Source: a virus
DNA: 50,536 nt
Reading direction: 5' to 3' (one strand)
IMG/VR virus record: IMGVR_UViG_3300048562_000008
The position numbers and the translations under genes are program-made. Numbering within the stretch: position 1 is the stretch's first letter; every line of letters starts with the position of its first letter. The notes under the pieces were generated by a model. The model saw only the letters and a program-made list of their open reading frames with translations, was not told the DNA's origin and did no database searches. Shown here in pieces: positions 7,190-12,062 of the stretch.

Positions 7190-7219
7190 CGAACGTCTGT
7201 TCGTACGAACACATGTTCG
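7190..7219. promoter_or_regulatory. tandem CGAAC-N4-GTTCG inverted repeats (candidate operator pair)
   Basis: The sequence CGAACgtctGTTCGtaCGAACacatGTTCG is followed at once by TTGACA (7222..7227). A third copy, CGAACacacGTTCG, lies at 11079..11092. Confidence 0.5.
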
Positions 7220-7377
7220 TGTTGACATCCACGTCAAGACACGCGAGGCGTCCTAGCCCAGTTGGGAAGGGTGTGGCCCCCGTTATTGGGGTGACACGCG
7301 ACTATGAACGCGTAGGTCACAATGTGCGCACCCTGGGTCCTCGACCCCCGCAGTGTGGGACACACAGGCCTCAGAAC

Positions 7378-7396
7378 GGTACTCTATGAGTAGAGG
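7378..7396 (+). repeat. 19-nt AT-rich repeat GGTACTCTATGAGTAGAGG, copy 1
   Basis: Exact second copy at 7838..7856. It contains the hairpin CTCTA-tgag-TAGAG. These are the only two copies in the window. Confidence 0.85.
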
Positions 7397-7837
7397 GGCA
7401 AAACAGGCCCCCCGGTAGCAAGCACTGTGGAACAGGTCACAGAGAGCGCGTCCCCGCTCCCTTGGCGTCCGCGGGCACGCTGGAACGATGGATGGAGACG
7501 TAGTGAGTACTGGGGCGCAGCCCCTAATTGTTAGGCCCCCGGCAGTGCTACCGGCGGGTCCAACCGCTGCTACAAGCGCCTACCGTATAGACAACAACCA
7601 CCTCGGCTAGGGTTCTCTAGCCTGGCACGGCAGCGAGGTGGGAATACCGCAGCCCCTACCGGCGTTTACTACACTAGGACGGGTCCGGCCCCCAGGTGTC
7701 GATAAGGGGGCCGGACGGCGGGGAATGGACCCTGCCCTCTACACCTGCCAGGGGCGGGGGAGCGACCCCCCGGAGCGACTCCCGCACCGCTCAAGTCATC
7801 ACGCGCGCGATCCGCTGGGACAGACACACCCCAAAAG

Positions 7838-7856
7838 GGTACTCTATGAGTAGAGG
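7838..7856 (+). repeat. 19-nt AT-rich repeat GGTACTCTATGAGTAGAGG, copy 2
   Basis: Exact copy of 7378..7396, lying 28 nt upstream of the first tRNA. Confidence 0.85.
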
Positions 7857-7883
7857 CCCGTTTTGCGACGCAGCCTCAACCGT

Positions 7884-7954
7884 GCATCGTCCTCCGGGAG
7901 GCCCAGCGGCTCCAACCCGCCGGGAGCAGCGTTCGACTCGTTGACGGTGTGCCA
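7884..7954 (+). tRNA. tRNA-Trp(CCA), reduced D arm
   Basis: Acceptor GCATCGT/ACGGTGT (2 GU pairs), then G and CCA. D hairpin CCTC-cgg-GAGG. Anticodon loop CTCCAAC. T arm CAGCG-TTCGACT-CGTTG. 68 nt before the CCA. Confidence 0.55.
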
Positions 7955-7955
7955 T

Positions 7956-8032
7956 GCACGCGTAGCTCAGTCAGTGAGAGCGTCGGCTTGCCAAGTCGAA
8001 GGTCGCGGGAGCAAAGCCCGCCACGTGCTCCA
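7956..8032 (+). tRNA. tRNA-Gly(GCC)
   Basis: Acceptor GCACGCG/CACGTGC (1 mismatch). D arm TAGCTCAGTCAGTGAGAGC. Anticodon loop TTGCCAA. T arm GCGGG-AGCAAAG-CCCGC. CCA is encoded. Confidence 0.7.
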
Positions 8033-8085
8033 TGGCGAAACGGGGTCGGCCACCGGCCGTGTACCCGGAGTAGCCTCCCTTTCAA

Positions 8086-8161
8086 GCCGCTGTAGTGTCA
8101 GCACTCAGCACACCTGCCTTCCAAGCAGGGGGCCTCGGTGGGAATCCGAGTAGCGGCTCCA
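8086..8161 (+). tRNA. tRNA-Gly(TCC)
   Basis: Acceptor GCCGCTG/TAGCGGC. Anticodon stem CCTGC/GCAGG with loop CTTCCAA. T arm CTCGG-TGGGAAT-CCGAG. CCA is encoded. Confidence 0.65.
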
Positions 8162-8235
8162 ATTCCCCGCAGCATCCAACGACACGTCTTCACCCATACC
8201 CAGAGACGTTGCAGGCAGCGCGGGGAACCTCCTTC

Positions 8236-8308
8236 GGGGCCAGCCAGAAGGCTGGGGGCCAGGCTTGCACCCTGCGCCAGTAGGGCGCGATACCCTATGG
8301 CTCCACCA
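8236..8308 (+). tRNA. tRNA-Ala(TGC), reduced D arm
   Basis: Acceptor GGGGCCA/TGGCTCC with G3:U70. D hairpin CCAG-aagg-CTGG. Anticodon loop CTTGCAC. T arm TAGGG-CGCGATA-CCCTA. CCA is encoded. Confidence 0.55.
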
Positions 8309-8382
8309 TCTTGCCCGGACTAGGGGCATACACGACGGCGCGCTGCTAGTCCCAGCGCGCCAACTGCCATCTCGTACGACAT

Positions 8383-8468
8383 GCGGAGGCGTCGGAGTTG
8401 GAGAGCCGAGACGGGCTGTAACCCCGTTGCCACAGGCTGAGTGAGTTCGAATCTCACACCCCGCACCA
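8383..8468 (+). tRNA. tRNA-Tyr(GTA), long variable arm
   Basis: Anticodon stem ACGGG/CCCGT with loop CTGTAAC. D stem TCGG/CCGA. Variable arm of 13 nt. T arm GTGAG-TTCGAAT-CTCAC. The acceptor has 2 mismatches. CCA is encoded. Confidence 0.65.
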
Positions 8469-8469
8469 T

Positions 8470-8545
8470 GTTGACGTAGCTGAGTCAGTTCAAGCACCGG
8501 GTTGAAACCCCGGGGACGCAGGGGCGGAACCTGCCGTTGACACCA
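8470..8545 (+). tRNA. tRNA-Phe(GAA)
   Basis: Acceptor GTTGACG/CGTTGAC (2 GU pairs). Anticodon stem CCGGG/CCCGG with loop TTGAAAC. T arm GCAGG-GGCGGAA-CCTGC. CCA is encoded. Confidence 0.65.
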
Positions 8546-8616
8546 TGTTCGAGAGCCTTCGTGGTCCGAAGTACAAGGGCTGGGCCGGACGCATCGCGCC
8601 CCTCTCGGCACACCTT

Positions 8617-8689
8617 CTCGTCGTAGCTCAGTGGACAGAGCGCAGCCCTGCGAAGGCTGAGGCCGGTGGTTCGACCCCACCCGTCGAGA
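8617..8689 (+). tRNA. tRNA-Arg(GCG)
   Basis: Acceptor CTCGTCG/CGTCGAG. D arm TAGCTCAGTGGACAGAGC. Anticodon stem CAGCC/GGCTG with loop CTGCGAA. T arm GGTGG-TTCGACC-CCACC. No CCA is encoded. Confidence 0.75.
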
Positions 8690-8696
8690 CCTACAA

Positions 8697-8767
8697 GCCC
8701 ACGCCGCTAGTGCGGCCTCTCCCCTGGTACGGGAGGGAACCTGGCGCGAAACCAGGCGTTGGCTCCA
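8697..8767 (+). tRNA. tRNA-Thr(GGT), reduced D arm
   Basis: Acceptor GCCCACG/CGTTGGC (1 mismatch). D hairpin CCGC-tagt-GCGG. Anticodon stem CTCCC/GGGAG with loop CTGGTAC. T arm CCTGG-CGCGAAA-CCAGG. 68 nt before the CCA. Confidence 0.55.
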
Positions 8768-8768
8768 T

Positions 8769-8843
8769 GAGCCGCAAGTCTCAAGTGAGATCCCTGGGCT
8801 GTGAATCCGGGCGGGCTGGGCGCGATACCCAGGCGACTCTCCA
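8769..8843 (+). tRNA. tRNA-His(GTG), reduced D arm
   Basis: Acceptor GAGCCGC/GCGACTC (1 mismatch). D hairpin TCTC-aagt-GAGA. Anticodon loop CTGTGAA. T arm CTGGG-CGCGATA-CCCAG. CCA is encoded. Confidence 0.55.
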
Positions 8844-8850
8844 TCTTCAT

Positions 8851-8925
8851 CCGTCGGTACGCTAACTGGCAAACGGCCTGGCTCTTACCCAGGTATTCTA
8901 GGTTCGACCCCTAGGCGACGGACCA
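8851..8925 (+). tRNA. tRNA-Lys(CTT)
   Basis: Acceptor CCGTCGG/GCGACGG. Anticodon stem CCTGG/CCAGG with loop CTCTTAC. T arm CTAGG-TTCGACC-CCTAG. CCA is encoded. Confidence 0.75.
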
Positions 8926-9195
8926 TTTCGGCAGGACAGACCAGCGCGGCGACTCTGACTTTACGGGCGCCGAGGAAGGTCGGGACACCTGACCCCGGGG
9001 CGGACAGAACCGGGCGAAACGTGCCGCAGCCAACAGGGAGCCTCCGGGCGTCACACCTGAACGCCGGGCGGGGTGCAACCTCAAGAGGACGGCCACCGCA
9101 GGCTGGACGGGTAGAGGGCAGCGCGACGGCGCATCCGCAAGGATAGACAGATGCTGGTCCACGACAAAATCCCGCCTACAAAGCCGAAACACCCC

Positions 9196-9272
9196 GCACC
9201 GCAAGTCCACCGGTTGTGGACGATGTCCTGATAAGGCATTTGAGCTAGGTTCGACTCCTAGGCGCTGCACCA
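9196..9272 (+). tRNA. tRNA-Ile(GAT)
   Basis: Acceptor GCACCGC/GCGCTGC (1 mismatch). D stem GTCC/GGAC. Anticodon stem ATGTC/GGCAT with loop CTGATAA. T arm CTAGG-TTCGACT-CCTAG. CCA is encoded. Confidence 0.75.
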
Positions 9273-9273
9273 C

Positions 9274-9346
9274 CTCCTCGTAGCTCAGCGGACAGAGCGG
9301 CACGTTTCTACCGTGCGCGCCGGGCGTTCGACTCGTCCCGAGGAGT
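9274..9346 (+). tRNA. tRNA-Arg(TCT)
   Basis: Perfect acceptor CTCCTCG/CGAGGAG. D arm TAGCTCAGCGGACAGAGC. Anticodon stem GCACG/CGTGC with loop TTTCTAC. T arm GGGCG-TTCGACT-CGTCC. Confidence 0.8.
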
Positions 9347-9365
9347 CTACTTGACAGGTACGCAT

Positions 9366-9441
9366 GGCCCGGTCGTCTACAGGTTGTGGACACTCGGCTC
9401 TCAACCGAGAGGTCAGGGATCGTTACCCTGTCGGGCTACCA
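9366..9441 (+). tRNA. tRNA-Glu(CTC)
   Basis: Acceptor GGCCCGG/TCGGGCT (GU pairs). D stem GTCT/GGAC. Anticodon stem CTCGG/CCGAG with loop CTCTCAA. T arm CAGGG-ATCGTTA-CCCTG. CCA is encoded. Confidence 0.65.
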
Positions 9442-9537
9442 TTTTCGAGAGATGTAGGATCAGCACGAGGCGCCCCGCTATAACGGGATAAAGCGGACGC
9501 TGCCCCTGATGGCTGGTTCGTCCCGAGGCATTTTCCA

Positions 9538-9613
9538 CGCTCCATAGCTCAGCGAACAGAGCAGCGGGCTTCGAACCCGCGTGTCGGAGGTTTGACTCCT
9601 CCTGGGGCGTCCA
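9538..9613 (+). tRNA. tRNA-Arg(TCG)
   Basis: Acceptor CGCTCCA/TGGGGCG. D arm TAGCTCAGCGAACAGAGC. Anticodon stem GCGGG/CCCGC with loop CTTCGAA. T arm GGAGG-TTTGACT-CCTCC. CCA is encoded. Confidence 0.75.
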
Positions 9614-9617
9614 TCGT

Positions 9618-9691
9618 GTCGACGTGGCCGAGCGGCAAGGCACTGGGTTGCAACCCCAGCTACGCAGGTCCGAACCCTGCCGTCGATTCCA
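9618..9691 (+). tRNA. tRNA-Cys(GCA)
   Basis: Acceptor GTCGACG/CGTCGAT. Anticodon stem CTGGG/CCCAG with loop TTGCAAC. T arm GCAGG-TCCGAAC-CCTGC. CCA is encoded. Confidence 0.7.
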
Positions 9692-9796
9692 ATTCCATCC
9701 CAACCGCGCTTGACCAGCCGAGAACCCTTCGGGGGGTAGCAGAAATGGTCTCTGCATACGGGATGACAGCACCGCCCCGACTCCAACAACTTTCAT

Positions 9797-9873
9797 CCGC
9801 GAGTAGCTCAGTCCAGGAGAGCGCCTGCCTTACAAGCAGGGCGTCGGGGGAGCGAAGCCCTCCTTGCGGACCA
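9797..9873 (+). tRNA. tRNA-Val(TAC)
   Basis: Acceptor CCGCGAG/CTTGCGG. D arm TAGCTCAGTCCAGGAGAGC. Anticodon stem CCTGC/GCAGG with loop CTTACAA. T arm GGGGG-AGCGAAG-CCCTC. CCA is encoded. Confidence 0.75.
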
Positions 9874-9876
9874 TTT

Positions 9877-9961
9877 GCCCCAGTGATGGAACTGGTAGAC
9901 ATGACCGGCTCAGACCCGGTTGCCGAGAGGCGTGAGGGTTCGACTCCCTCCTCGGGGCACC
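9877..9961 (+). tRNA. tRNA-Leu(CAG), long variable arm
   Basis: Leu-type D region TGATGGAACTGGTAGACAT. Anticodon stem ACCGG/CCGGT with loop CTCAGAC. Variable arm of 13 nt. T arm GAGGG-TTCGACT-CCCTC. The acceptor GCCCCAG/CTCGGGGC has one extra nt. CCA is encoded. Confidence 0.65.
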
Positions 9962-9967
9962 ACTTCA

Positions 9968-10042
9968 AGCCGGACAGGTGTAGACAGCGACATCCCTGTT
10001 TCGTAATCAGGGGAGCGCGGTGCAAGTCCGTGGTTCGGCTCC
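9968..10042 (+). tRNA. tRNA-Thr(CGT)
   Basis: Acceptor GCCGGAC/GTTCGGC. Anticodon loop TTCGTAA on a 4-bp stem. T arm CGCGG-TGCAAGT-CCGTG. CCA is encoded. Confidence 0.6.
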
Positions 10043-10049
10043 AGCTTCA

Positions 10050-10125
10050 CCCACGTGTCGTTCAATTGGTAGGACGCGCCCCTGTTAAGGGCAGAATCTA
10101 GGTTCGAGACCTAGCGTGTGGGCCA
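10050..10125 (+). tRNA. tRNA-Asn(GTT)
   Basis: Acceptor CCACGTG/CGTGTGG (GU pairs). D arm GTTCAATTGGTAGGAC. Anticodon loop CTGTTAA. T arm CTAGG-TTCGAGA-CCTAG. CCA is encoded. Confidence 0.75.
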
Positions 10126-10131
10126 CTTCGT

Positions 10132-10206
10132 CTGAGAGTCCTCTAACCGGTAGGAGACCTGGCTCTGAACCAGGCAATCTAGGTTCGATCCCTAGCACTC
10201 AGGCCA
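10132..10206 (+). tRNA. tRNA-Gln(CTG)
   Basis: Acceptor CTGAGAG/CACTCAG (1 mismatch). Anticodon stem CCTGG/CCAGG with loop CTCTGAA. T arm CTAGG-TTCGATC-CCTAG. CCA is encoded. Confidence 0.75.
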
Positions 10207-10213
10207 TATTCAT

Positions 10214-10288
10214 CGAGACGTAGGCATCTAGTGAGGCCGCGCGGCTGTCTACCGCGTGAGGCGGGTGCGATCCCCGTCGTCTTGACCA
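10214..10288 (+). tRNA. tRNA-Asp(GTC)
   Basis: Acceptor CGAGACG/CGTCTTG. Anticodon stem CGCGG/CCGCG with loop CTGTCTA, which has an unusual T at position 37. T arm GCGGG-TGCGATC-CCCGT. CCA is encoded. Confidence 0.65.
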
Positions 10289-10294
10289 CTTCAT

Positions 10295-10372
10295 CCGAAA
10301 GAGGCGGTGGTAGATCCGCACCCGGTTCGGAGCCGGGAGACCTCGCTGGTGCAATTCCAGCCTTTCGGACCA
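10295..10372 (+). tRNA. tRNA-Pro(CGG)
   Basis: Perfect acceptor CCGAAAG/CTTTCGG. D stem GCGG/CCGC. Anticodon stem CCCGG/CCGGG with loop TTCGGAG. T arm GCTGG-TGCAATT-CCAGC. CCA is encoded. Confidence 0.7.
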
Positions 10373-10378
10373 TTTCGA

Positions 10379-10451
10379 CGCGGGTTACTTCCGGTGACGT
10401 AGACGGCCTCATAAGCCCTCCAGACGAGTTCGACTCTCGTACCCGCTACCA
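10379..10451 (+). tRNA. tRNA-Met(CAT) (elongator, initiator or Ile2 not resolved)
   Basis: Anticodon loop CTCATAA. T arm ACGAG-TTCGACT-CTCGT. The acceptor CGCGGGT/ACCCGCT has a 1:72 mismatch, which is initiator-like. Short D arm. CCA is encoded. Confidence 0.6.
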
Positions 10452-10501
10452 CCGTGCCCCGTGCGCGCGCCCGTTGGGGCGCTGGCGGCGGGGATCCCCT
10501 T

Positions 10502-10586
10502 GGAAGGTCGCATTGGCGTGCTTATGCGGTTCGAACCCGTTGATGGCCTCACGGCCGTGGGAGTTCGACTCTCCCACCTTCCTCCA
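10502..10586 (+). tRNA. tRNA-Ser(CGA), long variable arm
   Basis: Perfect acceptor GGAAGGT/ACCTTCC. Anticodon loop TTCGAAC on a weak 4-bp stem. Variable hairpin GGCC-tcac-GGCC. T arm GGGAG-TTCGACT-CTCCC. CCA is encoded. Confidence 0.6.
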
Positions 10587-10593
10587 GTTTCAT

Positions 10594-10679
10594 GGAAAGC
10601 GTCCGAATGGACGAGGACCCGCCCTGCTAAGGCGGCGCGCCGCAAGGCGTTGAGGGTTCGATGCCCTCGCTTTCCTCCA
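10594..10679 (+). tRNA. tRNA-Ser(GCT), long variable arm
   Basis: Perfect acceptor GGAAAGC/GCTTTCC. Anticodon stem CCGCC/GGCGG with loop CTGCTAA. Variable hairpin CGCC-gcaa-GGCG. T arm GAGGG-TTCGATG-CCCTC. CCA is encoded. Confidence 0.75.
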
Positions 10680-10680
10680 T

Positions 10681-10698
10681 CTTGGCCTTCGGGCCAAG
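10681..10698 (+). other. 7-bp hairpin with a UUCG tetraloop directly after the last tRNA
   Basis: CTTGGCC-ttcg-GGCCAAG begins 2 nt after tRNA-Ser(GCT). It may be a processing or stability element. There is no U-tract. Confidence 0.4.
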
Positions 10699-11043
10699 TT
10701 CCGCCCCCGGGCGGGTGTTGTGTGCGGCTTGTCTAGGCAGTCGTGTCGATCCGCGAGCGTGCTGCAGTCGTCCACGTGGTGTCCCCACCATAGGGCATGT
10801 GCGGGGCGTAAGGCAGCTAGGCGTTAGAGTCCTGATCCGACTCGTTGCGCTCCGCAGTAGGGCACAGGTGGTACCGTGAAGTCGGCCACCCAGTCCGAAC
10901 CGGAAGCGCAGGCGCTGACCAGCCAGAGCTGCGCGTGTTCGATGCTAAGGCGCCTCTGCTGACGGCAGTAAGTCCAGAGGCTAAACCGATGGTCACTCCC
11001 AAGGTGGCCGTGGAGTCGGGGCGGTCACTTCGTCACTCAACAC

Positions 11044-11067
11044 CCGCCGGGGGCGGTTTCTCTATTT
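11044..11067 (+). terminator. candidate intrinsic terminator closing the RNA island
   Basis: CCGCC-ggg-GGCGG followed by TTTCTCTATTT. The stem is short, so this call is tentative. Confidence 0.4.
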
Positions 11068-11078
11068 GCCCTGAAATA

Positions 11079-11092
11079 CGAACACACGTTCG
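11079..11092. promoter_or_regulatory. CGAAC-N4-GTTCG inverted repeat, third copy, just upstream of the first late gene
   Basis: TACGAACACACGTTCG differs at one base from TACGAACACATGTTCG at 7204..7219. It lies 9 nt upstream of the ATG at 11101. Confidence 0.5.
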
Positions 11093-11100
11093 GAGGTGCG

Positions 11101-11424
11101 ATGGCCGGAACCTTTCAGGGCGGCGTGCTCGTCGTGCCCTCAGGGCTGGACGTTGTGACCCTCACCGTGAGCACCGCTGCGGTGGGTCCGGTCGCGCTAT
11201 CCTTCCCCGCACACAACCTGCGGCGCACCGTAGCACAGGCCAGCGGCAAGCTGCGCTGGACGGCCGCACCCGGAGCCTCCACAGACCCAACGGCGACCTT
11301 CGGACTCAAGCTGGACGTTGACCAGACGCTGGTGTACGACGGCGACCTGGAGAACCTGCGGTTCATCCGCGACGCGGCGCAGGGATCGGATGTCACCGTG
11401 ACACTTCACTACTTCGGACTCTAG
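11101..11424 (+). CDS. hypothetical protein (107 aa), first gene of the rightward protein block
   Basis: GGAGG RBS, high GC3, track ORF. Confidence 0.65.
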   Translation: MAGTFQGGVLVVPSGLDVVTLTVSTAAVGPVALSFPAHNLRRTVAQASGKLRWTAAPGASTDPTATFGLKLDVDQTLVYDGDLENLRFIRDAAQGSDVTVTLHYFGL

Positions 11425-11432
11425 GAGGCCCC

Positions 11433-11627
11433 ATGTTTCAGCGCAAGACGCGCGTGCAGATGCTCGTATCTGTCGACGCCAAGGCCGCAGGCACCAAGCA
11501 CCGCCTGCCCAAGCAGCTCGCGGACGAGTACATCCTCAAGGGGTACGCGACCGGGAGCCTGACCCGCCAGTACTCGGAGTTCGAGCGCGCGGCGCTCACC
11601 GCCAACTCCCAGGTAGTGGGGGCGTAA
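11433..11627 (+). CDS. hypothetical protein (64 aa)
   Basis: Track ORF with an AGGAGG RBS and tight spacing to its neighbours. Confidence 0.55.
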   Translation: MFQRKTRVQMLVSVDAKAAGTKHRLPKQLADEYILKGYATGSLTRQYSEFERAALTANSQVVGA

Positions 11628-11630
11628 CTC

Positions 11631-12047
11631 ATGGCCTCCGCGTTCTACAACATCGCCCTGGAGAACTTCCTCACCAGCGGCAGCTATATCAACCTCGCGT
11701 CGGACACTATCCGTGTCCGACCTGTTCGTGTGTCTGGGTACACGTTCGCGGCGACGCACACGTCCATGACGCCGGTAGTCGCGGCGACGGGCGGGCCGGG
11801 CGACGGAACGCTCGGCACCAAGGTCATCAAGACGGGCACGGACGGCGGCTGCTTCGACGCGGCTGACCAGGTGTTCACCGGCTGGGCGGCGGGCGCGGCA
11901 ATCGACGCGCTGGTCATCTTCAAGTTCGTCACCAACGACGCGGCATCAACGCCGATCTGCTACCTCGACGGCTTCTCGGTAACGCCCAACGGCGGCGACA
12001 TCACCTTCCAGTGGGCGGCAGCTAACCCGTTCATCTTCAAGATTTAG
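11631..12047 (+). CDS. hypothetical virion-associated protein (138 aa)
   Basis: Track ORF with high GC3, sitting in the structural block. Confidence 0.6.
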   Translation: MASAFYNIALENFLTSGSYINLASDTIRVRPVRVSGYTFAATHTSMTPVVAATGGPGDGTLGTKVIKTGTDGGCFDAADQVFTGWAAGAAIDALVIFKFVTNDAASTPICYLDGFSVTPNGGDITFQWAAANPFIFKI

Positions 12048-12062
12048 TTCCTAGGGGGCCGC

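Noticed and set aside
7222-7227. Plus-strand sigma70 promoter for the RNA island, based on the TTGACA hexamer next to the CGAAC/GTTCG dyads.
   Set aside because: No acceptable -10 hexamer lies 16 to 19 nt downstream (GAGGCG at the 17-nt spacing). The hexamer is mentioned only as context for the operator-like dyads.
8990-9010. RNase P RNA or SRP RNA encoded in the spacers. The cues were GGACAGAACCGGGC resembling the RNase P ACAGAACCCGGC, GTAAGTCCAGAGGC at 10968, and CCGGAAGC at 10899.
   Set aside because: These are isolated 10 to 14 nt resemblances in three different spacers. The other universally conserved blocks (GGAAAGTCCGGGC, GGTAAGGGTGAAAGGGTG, the SRP GGAA-capped helix 8 pairing) are absent.
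9442-9537. An extra tRNA, with a possible CTA or TAT anticodon in the loop GCTATAACG and a GGTTCGTCC T-loop-like segment.
   Set aside because: I could not form an acceptor stem, a 5-bp anticodon stem or a T stem. At most it is a decayed tRNA fragment, so there is no evidence for a suppressor tRNA.
7884-10679. Possible CRISPR array, because of the regular 75 to 85 nt periodicity of conserved-looking blocks (GGTTCGA...CCA).
   Set aside because: The recurring blocks are tRNA T arms and acceptor ends, not identical direct repeats. There is no repeat-spacer architecture and there are no cas genes.
7638-10879. ORFs crossing the RNA island. Examples: 8105..8872(-), 8911..9393(-), 9592..10101(+), 10231..10653(+).
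   Set aside because: They run straight through multiple tRNA cloverleaves, have low-complexity composition and lack an RBS. The region is better explained as RNA genes.
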